A DNA stretch of 64,000 nt from the human T2T-CHM13v2.0 reference genome, Homo sapiens. Made by a program: the position numbers and the translations under genes. Positions within the stretch are counted from its first letter, which is position 1. Every line of letters begins with the position of its first letter. Where the stretch lies: assembly GCF_009914755.1 (NCBI RefSeq), contig NC_060936.1; one strand, written 5' to 3'. Of the stretch, positions 62,426 to 64,000 are shown in pieces. The notes beneath the pieces are model-generated. The model did no database searches and was not told the DNA's origin. It worked only from the letters and a program-made list of their open reading frames with translations.

Positions 62426-63277
62426 TGACCCAGCTATCCCATGTCGTAGATTTATATGCATATACATGTCCAAAAATATAAAAATACATATGTACAAGGT
62501 GACTTATAACATTATTCGTAATTGCAAAATTTTGAAAACCTAATTGCCTATAGGTGGGAGAGTGCTTAAATTCACCATGGTGAATCTACACAAAGGAGAC
62601 TGGCAGTTTTAAAAAAGAAATGAAACGTGAGCAAAAGAAAAAAAAAAGATAGTATTTTAATCGTGAATGAAATACATATCCATGAGTTTATGCTGATATA
62701 AATAAGTAATCAAATACATAAATAAATGGCATATGGACAGACGGCTCTTTCTCATAGAAGAATTTCAGTTAATAAGTATAGATGGAAATAGACCAAAAGA
62801 AAATCACCATGAGACAAACTGATGGTTGTGAAAGTTAGTGTGTGAAAGTTTGAGGTTAAACATGGCTTTCATAGTCTCAAAATGTTTTCTCTAAGGTGTT
62901 TATTTATTTTAACAGAAGACTAACTTTTCAGTGAAGAAACCTACCAGGACACCTTAACAAAGTGTTTAGAGTTAACATTACCAGTAATAAAGAGACATTG
63001 ACCTCATGAACCCCTTGATACAAGGCACTGAGAGGGACACAATATCATTTCTGTGTTATTCTTTCCAAAAATGTGTAGCCTCATTCCAGTAATGAGAAAA
63101 TGCCAGACAAATGCAAATTCTGGGACATTTTACGACATAACTGAGCAGTACACTTTAAATATGTCAAGATGATGAAAGACAAGGAAAGACTGAGCAGTTA
63201 CAGATGTATTCGAGGGGAAATGTCAGCTAAATGAATTGTGGGATCTTGGATTAAAGCAGATTTCAGGAAAAGGAACA

Positions 63278-63549
63278 GAAAATTAGCTGGGTATAGTGGT
63301 GCATACCTATAGTCCCAGCTACTTGGGAGGCTGAAGAGGGAGGATCACTTGAGCCCAGGAGTTTGAGGTTGCAGTGAGCCCAGGAGTTTGAGGTTGCAGT
63401 GAGCCCAGGAGTTTGAGGTTGCAGTGAGCCCAGGAGTTTGAGGTTGCAGTGAGCCCAGGAGTTTGAGGTTGCAGTAAGCCCTGTTTGCGCCACTGCGCTT
63501 CAGCCTGCAAGACAGAGTGAGACCCTGTCTCAAAAAAAGAAAAAAAAAA
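63278..63549 (+). mobile_element. Alu right monomer containing a 25-bp tandem array
   Basis: aaattagctggg...gagaccctgtctcaaaa. Confidence 0.9.
63351..63475. repeat. 25-bp minisatellite GAGCCCAGGAGTTTGAGGTTGCAGT, 5 perfect copies
   Basis: Units at 63351, 63376, 63401, 63426 and 63451. Confidence 0.98.
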
Positions 63550-63557
63550 TCCGGAAA

Positions 63558-63612
63558 GAAAGGACATTGGTGGAAAAACAATGAAAGGACATTGGTGGAA
63601 AAACAATGAAAG
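63558..63612. repeat. 25-bp perfect tandem duplication GAAAGGACATTGGTGGAAAAACAAT
   Basis: Units at 63558 and 63583 with trailing GAAAG. Confidence 0.95.
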
Positions 63613-64000
63613 TAAGGTTCTCAGGTTGGTAAATAGCATTGTACCAGTGTTAATTTCCCAGTTTTGATCATCTTACTATGGTTATGTAAACCATAAACAT
63701 TACAGGAGCCTGTATAAGGAGCAGATGGGCACTGTTCTGTTTTTGCAGCTTTTCTGTATGTTCATAATTAATTCAGAATAAAAGTTTTATTTAACAAATG
63801 TATTGACACTATATTTCTCAGCACTTTTAATCACCCAGTTCACTTTGCCATCTCTTTGAAATAAGTATGCTTTGGAATTTAAAAATGTCTTACTACCAAA
63901 ATTAACATAACAGGTTAGTTAGCTCAGGCATTTTTCCTGAATTTAGGAATGCAGATATTATGTTCTCATATTGTTGACTTCGTAAACCCGTAGTTTAATT

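Overview
Human intronic and exonic DNA from the middle of ERC1 (ELKS/RAB6IP2/CAST2), transcribed on the + strand. An intact AluYb8 supports a human origin; the 12p13.33 location is recalled, not seen. Two coiled-coil coding exons (6175-6368 and 53072-53207) splice in frame across a ~46.7-kb phase-2 intron, which holds a 12-nt microexon (20801-20812, adding SLTS). The rest is mostly transposon-derived: ~30 Alus including AluY and AluYb8, a long antisense L1MA9-like element, L2, MIR, MLT1/MLT2/MST/MER61 LTRs, and DNA-transposon relics including an intact piggyBac MER85 with TTAA TSDs. The best leads are: (1) an apparent layer of regulated splicing, made up of an in-frame 87-nt cassette candidate (8927-9013), the microexon, a recursive-splice-like site (25732/25733) and a 124-nt poison-exon candidate (53337-53460); (2) an Alu carrying a 63-nt apparent 3' transduction inside its TSDs (47970-48349); (3) a near-perfect 45-bp inverted duplication (16087-16226); (4) several young TE-seeded tandem arrays with junction microhomology. 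Repeat family names come from recalled consensus sequences, and boundaries of old repeats are approximate.
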